This document shows, in pieces, positions 39,396 to 53,234 of a stretch of DNA of 64,000 nucleotides. Source of the stretch: Octopus vulgaris. Lineage: Eukaryota. Within the stretch, counting starts at the first letter, position 1; each line of letters begins with the position of its first letter. A model generated the notes under the pieces. It made no database searches. It worked only from the letters and a program-made list of their open reading frames with translations, and had not been told where the DNA came from. The stretch covers positions 25,234,001 to 25,298,000 of the forward strand of contig OX597829.1 in the NCBI GenBank assembly GCA_951406725.2, read 5' to 3'. Position numbers and translations under genes: made by a program.

Positions 39396-40729
39396 ACCTT
39401 TCGTTACTAACCCGGCTGAAAAATTTTTCGGTTCATAATACCAACCCGGCCAAGAGAACCTATTGTTATTTAAATGTAAATTTGAACCCAAATCTCATTG
39501 GTACATTCGTTAAAACATGTGATTTCACATTGTAAATAGTTAAGTTATAGTATCCGACATTGCTTGAAGTGATATCTCAACTCAATGAATTTTGGGAGAT
39601 TTTTTTCCACATCGATTTTTCTTCAACTTAGAAAATGGATAGGAGTTTCATGTTATCAAGCATTGATTCCGAATTTAAAGCTTTTTCAACGGAAAATAGA
39701 AAGATATCGAGAAAAAGAATGAAATAGGTACAAAAACATGTGGTGTACTAAATAATGAATAGATTTTTTTTATCCGAAAATGAAAGCAGCGATTCCGAAG
39801 AAACAAAGTGGCGATGGCGACAGCAAAGGCGGTTTTACATCGGAATGAAGTAAAAAAAACTTTTAAAATGTTTTTATTAGCAATTTTTCTGGGGAGATAG
39901 TTTATCTATAGTCTTTCTTAGGAAGCAAAACCATTAGACTTATTTTTTTCAGTATGCTAGTTTGAAGTGATCACTTCGGAAACAAATTAACGCAGATTGT
40001 GGATTTAGTTTTTATACAGGGAAACTAATGTTAGTCAGCATGGCTTAGGGTACGATGTGGTCTGGAAGTTATTGTTTGAAGCGATCAATGCGGAAACAAA
40101 TTTATGCAGAATGTAAACAAAACACAAAATGGGAGATCGAAGTTTGGAAAATTTGTGAAGCAAATACTGGGTACTGCTATGGATTTAGTTTTTATACAGG
40201 GAAAATAATGTTAGTCAGCATGGCCTAGTGAACGATGTGGCCTGGAATTTATCACTTCCATACCATAACCAGGGCCGTATATTATTTTTTGACCGATTTC
40301 TTTAGTTCGGTCAAACTTGCGGTGGATTCCAGTATTTCAGTTTATTCCACCTTTATGGTACACCTGTTGTGCATTAAATTCAACTGATGATCTAGTGATG
40401 TGCACAATTCTTCTTTATCAAAATTTTGTTGCATACCCATTTGAATATTAGCTGATGATTCATTTTCTATGGTGATGTTGAAACAAAATTTTAATATTTT
40501 TACCTTTTGCTCAATTTACCTGTAATTAAAGTCACTTTGAGACAAAAGTTATGCAATAGAATTGATTAAGAACCCTTTCTTTAATTATGTTCCAAATATC
40601 ACATTAATATGTTGATAAGTAAAACAGTTACAGTTATTTAATGAAACAAGCCTAAATTCATGATTATTTTAGAATTTAATTGAAACTCATGAGGGGTGTA
40701 TTTTGGTCAGAAATATAGTAACGAAGGGG
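39396..40729 (+). mobile_element. Non-autonomous piggyBac, second copy of 27613-28884, with an internal duplication
   Basis: TTAA at 39392-39395 and 40730-40733; TIRs; colinear with the 27.6-kb copy. Confidence 0.92.
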
Positions 40730-42609
40730 TTAAATATACTGCCATTTTGTGGCATTATTTCAAGCCAGCCGGGTTTTTTTTTTTGCGCTAACTACACGTG
40801 CATTTTTCTCGCATACACATATTATCGCAACAGCTGATGTATATGCATGTACAAGTGCACATTCCCACAGCTTTATTGATTACATTCTCACATGGAATCG
40901 ATTTTTGTAATTTTTTCAAGACTTATACATGCCCTGATACCATTGGTATCTACATATCAAATTTGAGCTCAATCGGTGGAGGATGCCCAAGATCCTAGAA
41001 GGCACAAACTGACAGAACAGATTGTATATAATATATATATATATCCATCCATCTCCTGACATATATATATAGATCTCTATAAATGTATAAACACTCTCAT
41101 TTGAGAGTGTTTCATTCCAACTATCAAATCCACTTACAAGGCTTTTAGCAGGCTGTGGTATAGCAGAAGACTCTTAAGGTTCTACACAATAGAGTTGAAC
41201 CCAGTGCCATGTCAGTAGGAATCAAATTTCTTGCCAAACATACATGCAAGAATTAAAAATATACACAAGCCATGCCAATATACACATATAGACAAAGGTG
41301 CACATGTGAATATTCATGTATAGACATGTCAATACATTTAACGAAAAATAAGTACAGATATACAACTATATAAACGTAACTGTATGCATATGTTTAGATA
41401 TGCATACTTAAATAACATACCTATATACACATGTATACACACACACACAGGTTTTTGTAGCCAATCTTCTATGCTGGCACTGGACAGTGTAACAAGCTTT
41501 CACAGGTCTCAGGATAGTGTTATGCTCAAAAGTTTAATCATGCATAATCTCTGGGTGCATTTTTGTGGCAACAGCACTAATATGGTCATTGTGTAGTTCA
41601 CAAGACTATGATGCTCTTTGACTGAATAGATTGCAGTAGAGAGGAAGACAGCATGTTTCCAAAGAATTTAAAGTGTGAGAGGACATAACTGGTTTCTTGC
41701 TGTTGAGGAACTACATTGCAACTGAGGGTGAGGATTAGTGAGGTGGACCTGGAAATGTAGATGTAATGGCTATGATGAATACACTGAGTAGACCTTCACA
41801 GTCAAGATGCATAGAGAGGGAAACAAGAGCAAGGATTGTGGTTGAGTAGCAGCTGAAGACTGTGTGGGGAAAATGAAGCATGCTTAAGGATGGGGAATGG
41901 GTGAGGATTAAGTTAGTGTAATGAATAACAGAAGTTGAGTGGACAGTGATAAACAGAGAAAAGGAAGAGTAGGTAATGACTGCAGAGATTGGTGGGGGGG
42001 TAATTGCATGAGAGTGTGAGGGAATGACTGATGATAGACAAGATGGGGGGGAAGATAGCAGAAATTAGGTGATGACTGACAGTACAGAAAGAAAGTGAGG
42101 TGTAGTAGAATGGTAATAATAGACAGAGGAAGTATGAGAGAAGGAAAAAAACAAGGGTGTGGACAGGGTGCAGGAGAGATAGGTGAGGCAGTCATATGAA
42201 GAGAAAATACTGAGCATGACAAAAGATTCCAGGTAGGGAAAACTATAACTGGTATCATAAATGAAATAGAGTTCTGTTCGCATTTAAATACAGCAACAGA
42301 ATAATAGTGCACATACACAAACATGTCAATTATGCTGACATGTGAGAGTTTGCTCAAGTACCATATCTCTTCAGTTCAATGATTGCCATTTCCACCATGA
42401 GGTTCAAAATCCTAAAAGAAAATCCATCTTCATTACTTTGTCCCACGTCTTGCTGAGTCTAACAAGTCCCATGAGTGATCAATACTTCCTTATACAAGTA
42501 TAAATGGCAGAAACCACAACAAATCAGTAAAGTGTAGTGCAATCCTCCAGCTTACCAACCAACCCATGCCAATATGGAATTCACATGTTAAATGGTGATG
42601 ATGTATGTA

Positions 42610-43300
42610 TCAACATCATTTAATGTCCTTTGTCCATGCTGGCACGCTGGATGGCCACACCAGACTCCAGTCTGACTTGGCATGTTTTTCTATGGCTGGA
42701 TGCCCTTCCTATTGTCAACCACTCCAAGTGTAATGGGTTCTTTTTATGTGCCAATTTGTGTGACAACAATATCTGCCATGACTAGGATTTTGCTCAGCTT
42801 GGTGGGTCTATTGAAGCATGACAATGCCCAAGGTCTTGGTCATTGCCTCCATGAGACCCAACATTAAGGAACTCGGCCACTTTGCCTCCTTCAGGCACAA
42901 CATTCAAAAGATGTTCTTTACATGCCACCAGCATAGGTGCACTTGGCTTGACAGGTCCTCTCAAGTACAGCATATTGCCAAAGGTTTCAATCACCAGTCA
43001 TTGACTGTGAGACTCAAAGTTTGAAGACCATGCTTCACAACCTTGTCCTGTCTTCCTGGGTCTACTTCTACCAAAGGTTCCCTCCACATTGATTGGCACT
43101 TTACACAACTGTCCTAGTCCATATGCATTACATGACCATACCAGTGAAGGGGTTTCTCTTGCACACCACATCTAATTCCTCTTATGCCTAACTTTTCTCT
43201 CAAGATGCTTACACTATCGAATATACACACATTGCACATCCAGCGAAGCATACTGGCTTCCTATCTTTCAAGCTTAGCAAAAACAGCCTCACTACCAATA
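42610..43300 (-). mobile_element. 3' part of an RTE LINE
   Basis: Minus-strand remnants HWYGHVMHMD and VEGTFGRSRPRKT plus the 3' tail shared with 54305 and 55985. Confidence 0.7.
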
Positions 43301-46300
43301 CAGGTCTTGTATGTTTGCAGTCAAACATGACAGTACACCCAGGCTTCCTAATATGTCTTTCTAGCTGTTTGATACTAGAGGATTATGAATGCTCAGAAAC
43401 ATGGTAATAATCTTGTTGGCAACAGGAAGGGAATCCAATCACAAACTAAGCCAGGCAAGGTTAAAAAACTGGATGTTGAAAATGATCTTGGTGTAACATC
43501 ATTTTAACATCTAGTTTTCAATGATTGCAAGAACTAAATGATATTGAGCAAGCAATTTTTTTTTACAGCCAGATGTCCTTTTTGTTGCCAACTCACCTAT
43601 TTTCAATCAAGGTATTATTTCTTCATAGCTAATCATGTCAAGGAAGATTGTAACCAAACACTACATGCAACCTTCCTCGTTTACAACTATAATTCATTCT
43701 CTAGAAAGAGAAACTGGCTTCTTTCAATTTCAAAACATTCTATCGGTTTCCTTTTGTCTACCAGTGGTGGGAGACAAAGACAATGTATGTGCAATGAGCT
43801 TCTTTCAGTTTTTTCCAAATCCAATCACAAAGCTAGTTAGCCCAGGGCTGTTGTAGGAGACAAATGCAAGTGTAGTTATGTGGTAAAAAGCTTCCTTCAC
43901 AACCACATTTTCAGTTCAACTGCACATCTCGGGCAATTGTCTTCTACTACAGCCCTGGGCTGACAGAAGCCTTGTGAATGGAACAGGTAGATGGAAACTA
44001 AAAGAAGCCCGTCATAAATATACATGTTACTGTTACCTTGCCTTTACATCATGCAATGTATGGTAGAGCATCCAACAGTAGAAAATCTGTCAAAATTTTA
44101 CCAGACTAATCCAAATACAGGAAAATGGAGTTTAAACCAGTGAATATGCATGTGTTCACACACACATGCAAATTAGCATTTAGGATATATCCATTAAATT
44201 GGAATACACACTGTATATATCTTGGCCAATATTTCACTTTTATGTAGGGGCTAGTAGTAGGTGTCCTCAAGCCGATAATGACTGGGTGCTAGTCATTATC
44301 GCCTAAATACATTCAAGGCAATCAAAGGATTATTAACAAAAGGATAGACAAACCAATTTACTTGTACGTCTGTCTTAAGGAACTGATAATTAACAATGCA
44401 ATCCTTTAATTCATCAATTTCTATTACCGTTCTTACACAGGTTATACTATATGTAGCTGTGAAACAAAATTTTTATAAAAAATTTCTAGCAATAAAAGAA
44501 AAATTTGCTGTCTAAAGATTATGCTTTGAAGAAAAAGCCAAATGTTAAATGGCAATGAAACAGCAAGATCCTTAGTACCAAAGAACAAGCTACAACTCAG
44601 TTGGATATCTGACAAGCAGAAAGACATGTTTTATACATTAAAATTTAAGCAAAACTTAAAATTTAAGTACACAAAAAGACCTATCTTGTCTGTTGACATA
44701 AAACAAGGTCTTCGTGGATTACGAGGTTCGTTGTTGTATCAAGACTTATCTATTTTTATGTTGACAACAGATTTTACTACAGAGAAAATAATTTCTTTAT
44801 ATCCTTTGTTTTAAAGCTTAGTTTCAAATAATATTGAACATGTAAAGTTATTTCAGTTATTTCTCCATTGACTTATACCATGTACATTTTATAGTATTGC
44901 AAAGTATAAATATCTTAAGGAGGCAATGTCTACAATGGTCATCACCATAAAATTATATTTTCCACCTACAAGGACTGAATATTTTACAAAGTAGCACACA
45001 CATCAAAACATTATACCCAATTTATATTCATTACCCTTAAAACAATGTTTTCCGCTCTATTTCCTGTAACTTTTAGTGATTTGGTGTTTTCCCCAAACAT
45101 TTACTTATATTGCTAGGTCCTTCCTCAATTGCATTTATTTGGGTTTCAAGATGTGCTATTTTTCCTAAGCAACCATTTTACAAATAGGCTTAACCATCTC
45201 AATCATAGAACTATCAAAATTAATTCACAGTAACCAAGTTAGAAGGCATTAAAAAATGGTGTGTAATTACATTAAATCAGCTTTACAGAATGTAACTTAA
45301 TTGAAGTAAATACTGTTTAGACTGGTTATCAAAAGTTAATGGAAAAGTATGACCAACCCCAGCAATTAACTTTCCAATTGTATAACATTGATAAAGCAAA
45401 AATCTAAGAAATAAATAACACAAACAAGTGAAACTGGTTCACAATTATCCTTTTAACATGAAAAATTTTCACTAATACAAAAAGTAACTCTTGATACCAA
45501 TCCATCTGAGGCCACCCTCAGTTTTGTAATACAAACTGCTCATTTTAAAGTGATCTAAATTAAAACCTTCCATCAAAACTTCACATAATTAATATCCCAA
45601 AAACCAGCTTAATGACAATGTTCTTCATTAATTTCAAGATTGACATGGTAACAAAAATGTTTAAACTACAATGAACAGTTGTCTGTAAAGATTTAAAGCA
45701 ATTGTACCTCTGATCTTGCACATTTGTCATAAGCCTCCATAAATGAGAACATTCTTAAAATTCATCTCCCAGAATTATATTTGGCTATTATGACTACCTG
45801 CAGTTTTTACTAACTGTTAAACAATACACATTTTTTGAAAATTTTAGCTTTCACAAGATATTTGGGATCAGTGCTTTGAGGAGATCAACAACATGACATG
45901 AAAGTGCATGTTGCTAAAAATGACCCCCGTCAACCGGAATAAGGATACTAGCATATTTCTTTAATACATCCAAAATGCGAGTTATTTTACACATATACAA
46001 ATACATCTGAAAATATTAATAGCATCTTCGAGTAATTTAAAATCTAAAAAGGTCACACCATAATGATCCAGTTTGTATTATTGTGGACCAAAACATTACA
46101 TAAAACTCACAGGGAATTTAACTATATAATTGCGTAACTTTCAAAAACAAAAACTGCGCTCAACTACCTAGTTCATACATTCTTAAATTTCACAAAAACA
46201 TGAAACAAGCTTTAAAAATTTTCATTACGTATGTGTGATTACTGATCCCGTTTACTTTCCATACGTCAGTGAATAAAGAAAGTTTCTTTAAACACTCAAA

Positions 46301-47390
46301 TTACGTAAATATTTTAAAATATTAAGATTTTTGTTTAAATTACATAAATATTTATTCTAATTACACATACTCAGTGATAGAAATAAACTGTTATTCATGT
46401 ATAATTTGTGTATGGGTAAGTCTGTCGTAAATCAAAAGATATTGAGATAAATAAGACCCTAAAAAGGCTTATACCTTACTTGTAACAAAAAAAAAAAAGC
46501 TAAGCAAGCATTTCACGGCCAAATTACGAAATTGATACTTAAAACATTTGCTTATCTTAAGGCTTCAATAGTAATTTACACGGTCATTTAGAAAGGTTGT
46601 ACTGGGGTTTTAGTTTTAAATAGCTTAATGCCTTCGGTCTGTCGCACTTTTGGTTTCATTTTTATGATTGTTAAGCTGACACACTGGATTTTAATTCCAG
46701 GAAATATGTCCATGTTAAATAAATTAAAAAAAATTAACAGATCTCTAAGCCCCACCCATCTTTTTGCAGTTTATGGACATTATATCCAATTCCAACAAGA
46801 GAAAAGTTTTGTCTTCAGATGTAGAGATCAACTTCGAATTAAATTGAATAAGAGCACGACAGGATCTCAAATGAATAGTTTAATTAGAATTTAATTACAA
46901 ACATTTTATCGAAACATCATTCTCAATTCATCTTTAACCAGACAACTAATAAATTTATTTGTATTTCACCTATAACAAATGTAACAATAAGGATAGCAAA
47001 ATTTGTATCAATGTATAAGAATTACTGCAAATGAAAATTATTGATTAACGTTCTTTGAAAAGAATATTTGAATTATTTAAATTACAAAATTAAAACAGTA
47101 AAAATTAAAATAAAAAATTTTAGGAGCTACCTTTTCTTTTAACATTGTAATTTTTTTTTTTCAATTCTCGAATAAAAGGGGATAAAAAGGAATGTGAAAT
47201 TTTACCTTAACGGAATAAAAGAAATACGTTGAAATGAAATATGAACATTACAGGGTATAAATTTAAACAAACATCGAACAAATGTGAGTCAATAATGACA
47301 GTATTACTATTCTACTATACAACTAGAATATTTATCACAAGCATTCAACTAGAAATCGTATGATATTACACACACGCACATTATACATAC

Positions 47391-47422
<32 letters not shown>

Positions 47423-48827
47423 AAAATCAGTTGATCTAAACAAAAATGGTATTCATTATTCCAGTTTAAAACTACGACTAAATCGAATATACTCTTTCGA
47501 CACAGAACATGTCTAACTAGTTAGCAGCTCCACACAAATTTCTGCCAATCTAGGTAGTACCGGCATTATATATACACACGCACATATATATATATGCATA
47601 TATGAATCGAACAATAAATCAAGAGGCCAGCATTTTCATTATCCAACGTGTTAACATCTATCTCGACTACAGGTGAGCTAAATATTCTTTTAGCTGCAAT
47701 AAGATCGAACCTGCTCTGTTATTAGACAGAATAACTAGCGCCTTACAACACATTAGGTCATGCCAAAGAAGCCATGATAGAGAAATCGTGTGTGCGTACG
47801 TGTTCTAATAAAGATTTTGAGACGTGGGGTCTACAATAAATCAAGTAATAATGAAATTAGTTTCTTCCCCCCACCACCAGTCTACACAATTATAATATAT
47901 ATATATATACATACATACATATTCTCTCTCTCTATATATATGTGTATTATATTGTGTGTGTGTGCGAGCGTAAAGTATGTATATGAATAAGAGATTACAC
48001 TGCAGAACGCTTAAGTATTTTTGTGAAAACAACCCGGCAGAGACGCAGTGAAAGACATAATATAAAATCGCTGGCACCGCCTACTAAAATATAATTTAGT
48101 ATTATGGATTTTTGTAATATATATATATGTATATATAACAAAAGAAATGTTGCAAGACAAATCTTAAGACAATTTCCAAGTGAGAAAAAAAAAAAGAAAA
48201 AAGAAATAATTGTATTAAATTTGAGTCTTATCCTCCAGACTAAACTGGTTCAACAGTTCATTTTAAATTTGGCTTTACTAATCTACAGGTCTATATCTGG
48301 AAAAGCGTACAGCTGGCAACGAGACTTGAACTCGTTTCCCTCGACATCAATACTTAACATACTGATTAATCACAAAACAAGCATATGTGCAACAACTGAT
48401 TCAATAATACATGGAACTGAAACAATTCTAATTAAAACGAAAAAGCAATTAATACAATAATCTGCTGTAAAATGATCAAGCCGGTATAAGAAAGCTAGGA
48501 AAGGATCCATGTGGTAAAAATAAAAGTAAAAAATATATAAATAGGTATGTATAGCGAAACAGATTTCAAACAATCAAACAAGAATTTATTAGTGAAAAAT
48601 AAGCGATAATGCTTACTAGCATAAGCAGCGACAAATAACAAAGCTATAGAGAATGAGACACGTATTCACGATAGGAAAAAAATTCCCGTGTTGCGGCCCA
48701 GGCCTTGACGTAATAGTAAATATAGAAGATATAACTCGTTTCGGTACCGATCAACGTTTCTAATTCATGTGACCAAACAAAAATTTAGTGCAATTACAAA
48801 CCAGAGAGCATGGACTCGTATACTTAC

Positions 48828-48960
48828 AATAACTATTTTACTTAACACGGGAAAAGCTTGGATGGACAGTGATTTTTTTTCGGCTAATGGTCAATATGGC
48901 TACCGATTCTGTTTGTGAAGAGAAATTCTTCGGCTATTTCCGTCCCAGAGAAATACTTCC
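48828..48960 (-). other. eIF4G: Candidate alternative non-coding first exon of eIF4G (5' boundary unknown)
   Basis: Consensus donor ATT|GTAAGT at 48827-48822; YY1-like GCCATATT inside (48893-48900) and ETS motif CCGGAAGT (48955-48962) at its upstream edge; CpG-rich. Confidence 0.45.
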
Positions 48961-49256
48961 GGATATCATCCAGTAATTATCTCCCCCTGTTAATTCTAAA
49001 TTTGATACAAAAAAAAAAAAAAAAAAAAAAAACTTCTCTATATAATAAACCTTAATTTATAAATATAAAGATAAAATGAAAATTACAATTCGCATAATTT
49101 TTTTTTTATTTTAAACATGAATCAAGGTTCAAGCAGTTGGATTATAACAGCTTTGGTTGAATCTATTAAGCAACCCTCTCTCTCCACACACCATATTTTA
49201 TACATACATATATGTATGCATGCATATGTAATATACACATATATAATATATATGCA

Positions 49257-49292
<36 letters not shown>

Positions 49293-49922
49293 TTTATTAG
49301 AGAAATATATTTAATAGCCTATTTTTCAGGTGATTGATTTTTCATAGTAACGAAGAAAATACGAAATAAAATGAAACATAAACAGCATATCGATAAAGGT
49401 GATATTTTATTATCAGAGTATCACGTGTTAAAAATTCCGTTTTCGAATCTATAAATTGGGATTATAAATTACTCAACAGGTTCATTGAATATAACAAAAA
49501 ATAAATCACACATTGAGACGAAGTTCACAAGAGCGGGAAGAAAATTACGAGTTAAAAACTTAAATATTTAGATCATTCATTACGGTAGGGAATGTTGGAC
49601 GAACAACCTTATTTAATGCAAACTATAAAGGTGGCATGAATAATAGAGCACATGAAAAGTTAGCTGTAATTTATTTTTGTTTAAATAAAAGAAAAACAAA
49701 ACGATCAAGCTGTACAGACTCAAATAGACATATACGTAATATTTTAAAATGTTAAACTGAAAAAACAACTGTAGTTTAAAAAAAAAAAAGGTATATTGAC
49801 TGAATACAGTCAACACGGGATAGAAAACACAGTTGAAGAGAATATACCACTCAAAAGGAGTGGCATAGCCAACTAAATAACATAAAGACTTCGCAGGTAG
49901 AAGCACATTAAAATAAACCTAC

Positions 49923-49997
49923 TTGAGGTGAATTTTGAAGCTTAGAATCTGGGCTAACGTCTTCGGTATAAGTTCGCTCGTCTGAGACAATTTCCAT
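49923..49997 (-). CDS. eIF4G: eIF4G putative first coding exon (MEIVSDERTYTEDVSPDSKLQNSPQ)
   Basis: ATG in strong context (GGAACA ATG G), 25 open codons ending at a phase-0 donor CAA|GTAGGT that joins in frame to exon 31012-31158; lies in the CpG-rich zone. No homology support is visible. Confidence 0.55.
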
Positions 49998-52900
49998 TGT
50001 TCCTTATGCCACGGACGGAAAGCAAATACTATAAACCATCCGCGCTGTTCGTTTTTTCATTCTACGATTGTTTTTATACGGATCGTTATACGCATAACTC
50101 TGAAGCAATCCACCTTATTTTGAATATCAATTGCTATTAATTAATATTCTCAAGTAATATGACACTTTTTTACTATGGAATTATATGCAGACTGACACAG
50201 CGACAGTATATCAATGAGAGAGAGAGAGAGACAGAGACAGAGAGAACTGTGTGTTTGTGTGTGTGTATGTATGTATGTATGTGTGTGTTTGTGTACACAT
50301 ATCTCTTTTAGGAGAATTGGATAGACCGAACGAGCGATGCCCAGACATTCCCCTAGGCTCACTATAGATCATACCATCAACAACTTGTTTGCGTTGCTAA
50401 CCGAATTCTTCACTGTTTTTTAAACATAGTCCATCAATTTTTCTCTATTGTTTTTCTTTTCTATTAGGAATTTAAACCAATTTCCAACAAATGTTTGTGA
50501 GAATGTTCGTCAAAGATTTTTAGCATTGCACTTTTATTTCAACATTGGCTACTGTATATTTTAATAATAGATTTCTGAAATATTATTTCAATTATATACC
50601 TTTTTTTTTAATTCAAATAAATACCTAGATGTAAGTTTTTGTTTACTAATGATAGTATTGTTATGTTATCGATCAGATGTTTCACTTACTATAAAGTGCA
50701 AGTCCGAATCTGACCAAGCGATGGATTTTTTCTTTGATTATTTCCCATCAACAATTACATAGATGTATATCCAACATTTATTTAAATCTATATTCTTTGA
50801 ACAATGAGTTTCATAGTGAATTTGTATGCAAAAAGACCGCCAATGATAGGACAGGCAGTACGAAGGTGGAAATCTTTTTTTAAATATAATTAAATATGTT
50901 CAGGTGGTTCCCTAGTATGACGATTTATTTTCAATTAATTTATAATTTTAATTTCGCCAGGATAAGTATGTTTTAATATTTTTATTCCTGTCCTAATGTT
51001 AACATTTGTTGAAGATCGCTTATGATAATATAGTTTTTTTCTCTCTCCACATCCGAGTCTTAAATAAACCGCGTGGCATAAGTTTCAGACACTTCAGTTA
51101 GTCATTGAACTAGCTGCAAGAAAAATACTTTTTCGGCGCCAACCACGTAGGTGACATAACTAAAATGATTATCTCTTATTAATCAATTAAATCGACAAGT
51201 TTTTGTTGTTTTACTACCATTTTTGTACGCAATTTTATTGGATAGTAATTTTTTTTCTGTCAAGTTTAGTGCATATCTAAACTCCAATTGCATATACATA
51301 CCACTGTTGGTATTTACACATTGGCTTATCAACTAACAGGTACAGTATTATTGCGACATCCTTTATTGTATATGATTAGTAGTTGTTGCTCAGGCTTTCA
51401 TATGGTAAAATAGACATGAAATTGAAATCAATCGAAAGACGCCTGAAATATATACACATTCATTATAAATATATAGATATATTGTGCAGCACATGCAGAC
51501 ATTAAGAAAACAGTTACATAAAAAGCTGATAAATGTGTATATATGTTTTTAAGTGTCTATTTTCATTACTCGAATTACGTAGGACGAATTTGTCATTCAA
51601 CGGCTATCTACGTCCTTTGTCATCTTAGATAAGATGAGGTCCAGCATCAAAAATCTGACCTTACACTTTCTATCTATTTCTCTACCTCAAGTACATCTAT
51701 ACATGCAAATCACCCTTTTAAATACCCTAATGTATGATATATAGATATAGGTGGACGTATGTATGTATAGTTTATGTATGTTTATATTAAATCAGGGGTG
51801 TACAAACGGGTGACAGACTTTAAAACAGATAAAGAATATAATTCACTCATTTAAGTCTTCTAGCTTAGGAACTTCAAACTTTTCACCATTTGGATTCTTA
51901 CTGTAAAATCATCTTCTACCATACAAACGAAATATTCAATGTTGTAAAGTAAATATAACTTACCTTAGATTTTTATGCTATTATTAAATAATTAGCAAAT
52001 ATAAAACATATATGCCAAGTAGAAAGTTTCGCTGCAGCACAAAGTTCTTGACAAGGAAATAAATTGAAAGATTGTTGGGTTTAAGACGGTAAAGTGAAAG
52101 TAAAATGTATTGCGATTAAAATGTTTCGTTCAATCACATTTCAAATTAATAAATTTTAAAAATATGATTTTTGTTGCCTGAGAATTAAATATTCGGAATC
52201 ATTTACAATATTTTTTAAAAATTTGCCTTCGTATTTTTCTTTCATTTCCTCGATAAGGAAAATGTTATCAACACTTATTATTTTATTTAATAAACTGAGC
52301 ATCTTAAAAGAAAAAGATATTCCTTTTCGTTTGTTCAGTTGTTTTAATATCCTGAATAAACCTTGACAGAGCTGAAATCTTAATGATTGGGTTTTAACTG
52401 ATTGCGATTAAACTGTGTTTTGGTGCATTAACACTGGTTAAGGTAATTTGAAAAGAATGAGTAAGAGGACGTGTGTGTGTGTGTACTTGTGAAATCAAAC
52501 AGATATATATATATGTGAAACTACTAAATATAATTATGACATTCTTCATTTAATTCTCTTCCGACAATTTTCTTACCAACTCCTAACAAGCGCGCGCTTT
52601 TACGCGTGTACGCGCAAACGCATGCCTTGAACACGTATACATGCACACACGCACACGCACATATATACACAAACACACATACACAATCTTATTTACATCA
52701 AGTCTTTCTTACTCTCAAAAGAATACTCAGATACTTTTTTTTTTTACATGTGGAGAATTTTAAAATCCGATTTTTGTCCTTTTGTTTTCTTTTCGTGTAA
52801 TGTGTGTAGAAGGCAAAAAGATAGAGAACAGGTTTTGATAGTAAAAAGAATAATCAGGTGAATTTACACCCTAATGCCTTAGAATTCCAGCTGCGATAGC

Positions 52901-53234
52901 CATATAGCTGAACTTAGGACAGATGTCGAAATTAGTAAATCTACCAATCACCAGTAAGAAAAAGTGTACAAGTTTAGCTATTGAAACGATTTCAGTAATG
53001 TCTGATATTCAACAACCTACCGGCATCGTGACACAACGCGTGCCTGAAGATTTGAGTTAGCATAAAAGTTTAATGAGACAACTACTGCCATTCGTTATCA
53101 AATTAATTTGTTCGCAGTGTGTTTATTTAGATAACGTGTTGGAATCTATCTATCACTCCATCAATGCACTCACTTTTCAATAATTGCAGAACAAAGTTGA
53201 CTTCCCTTCCTTTAACTCCTGAGAACTAAAAGGA

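Noticed and set aside
44853-44945. C/D box pair GTGATGA...CTGA on the minus strand
   Set aside because: Weak terminal stem and no recognisable rRNA guide; expected by chance in AT-rich DNA.
51958-52020. Strong minus-strand donor AAG|GTAAGT as a further eIF4G exon
   Set aside because: The adjacent sequence is very AT-rich with no ORF or acceptor, and it lies next to a probable MITE end; unsupported.
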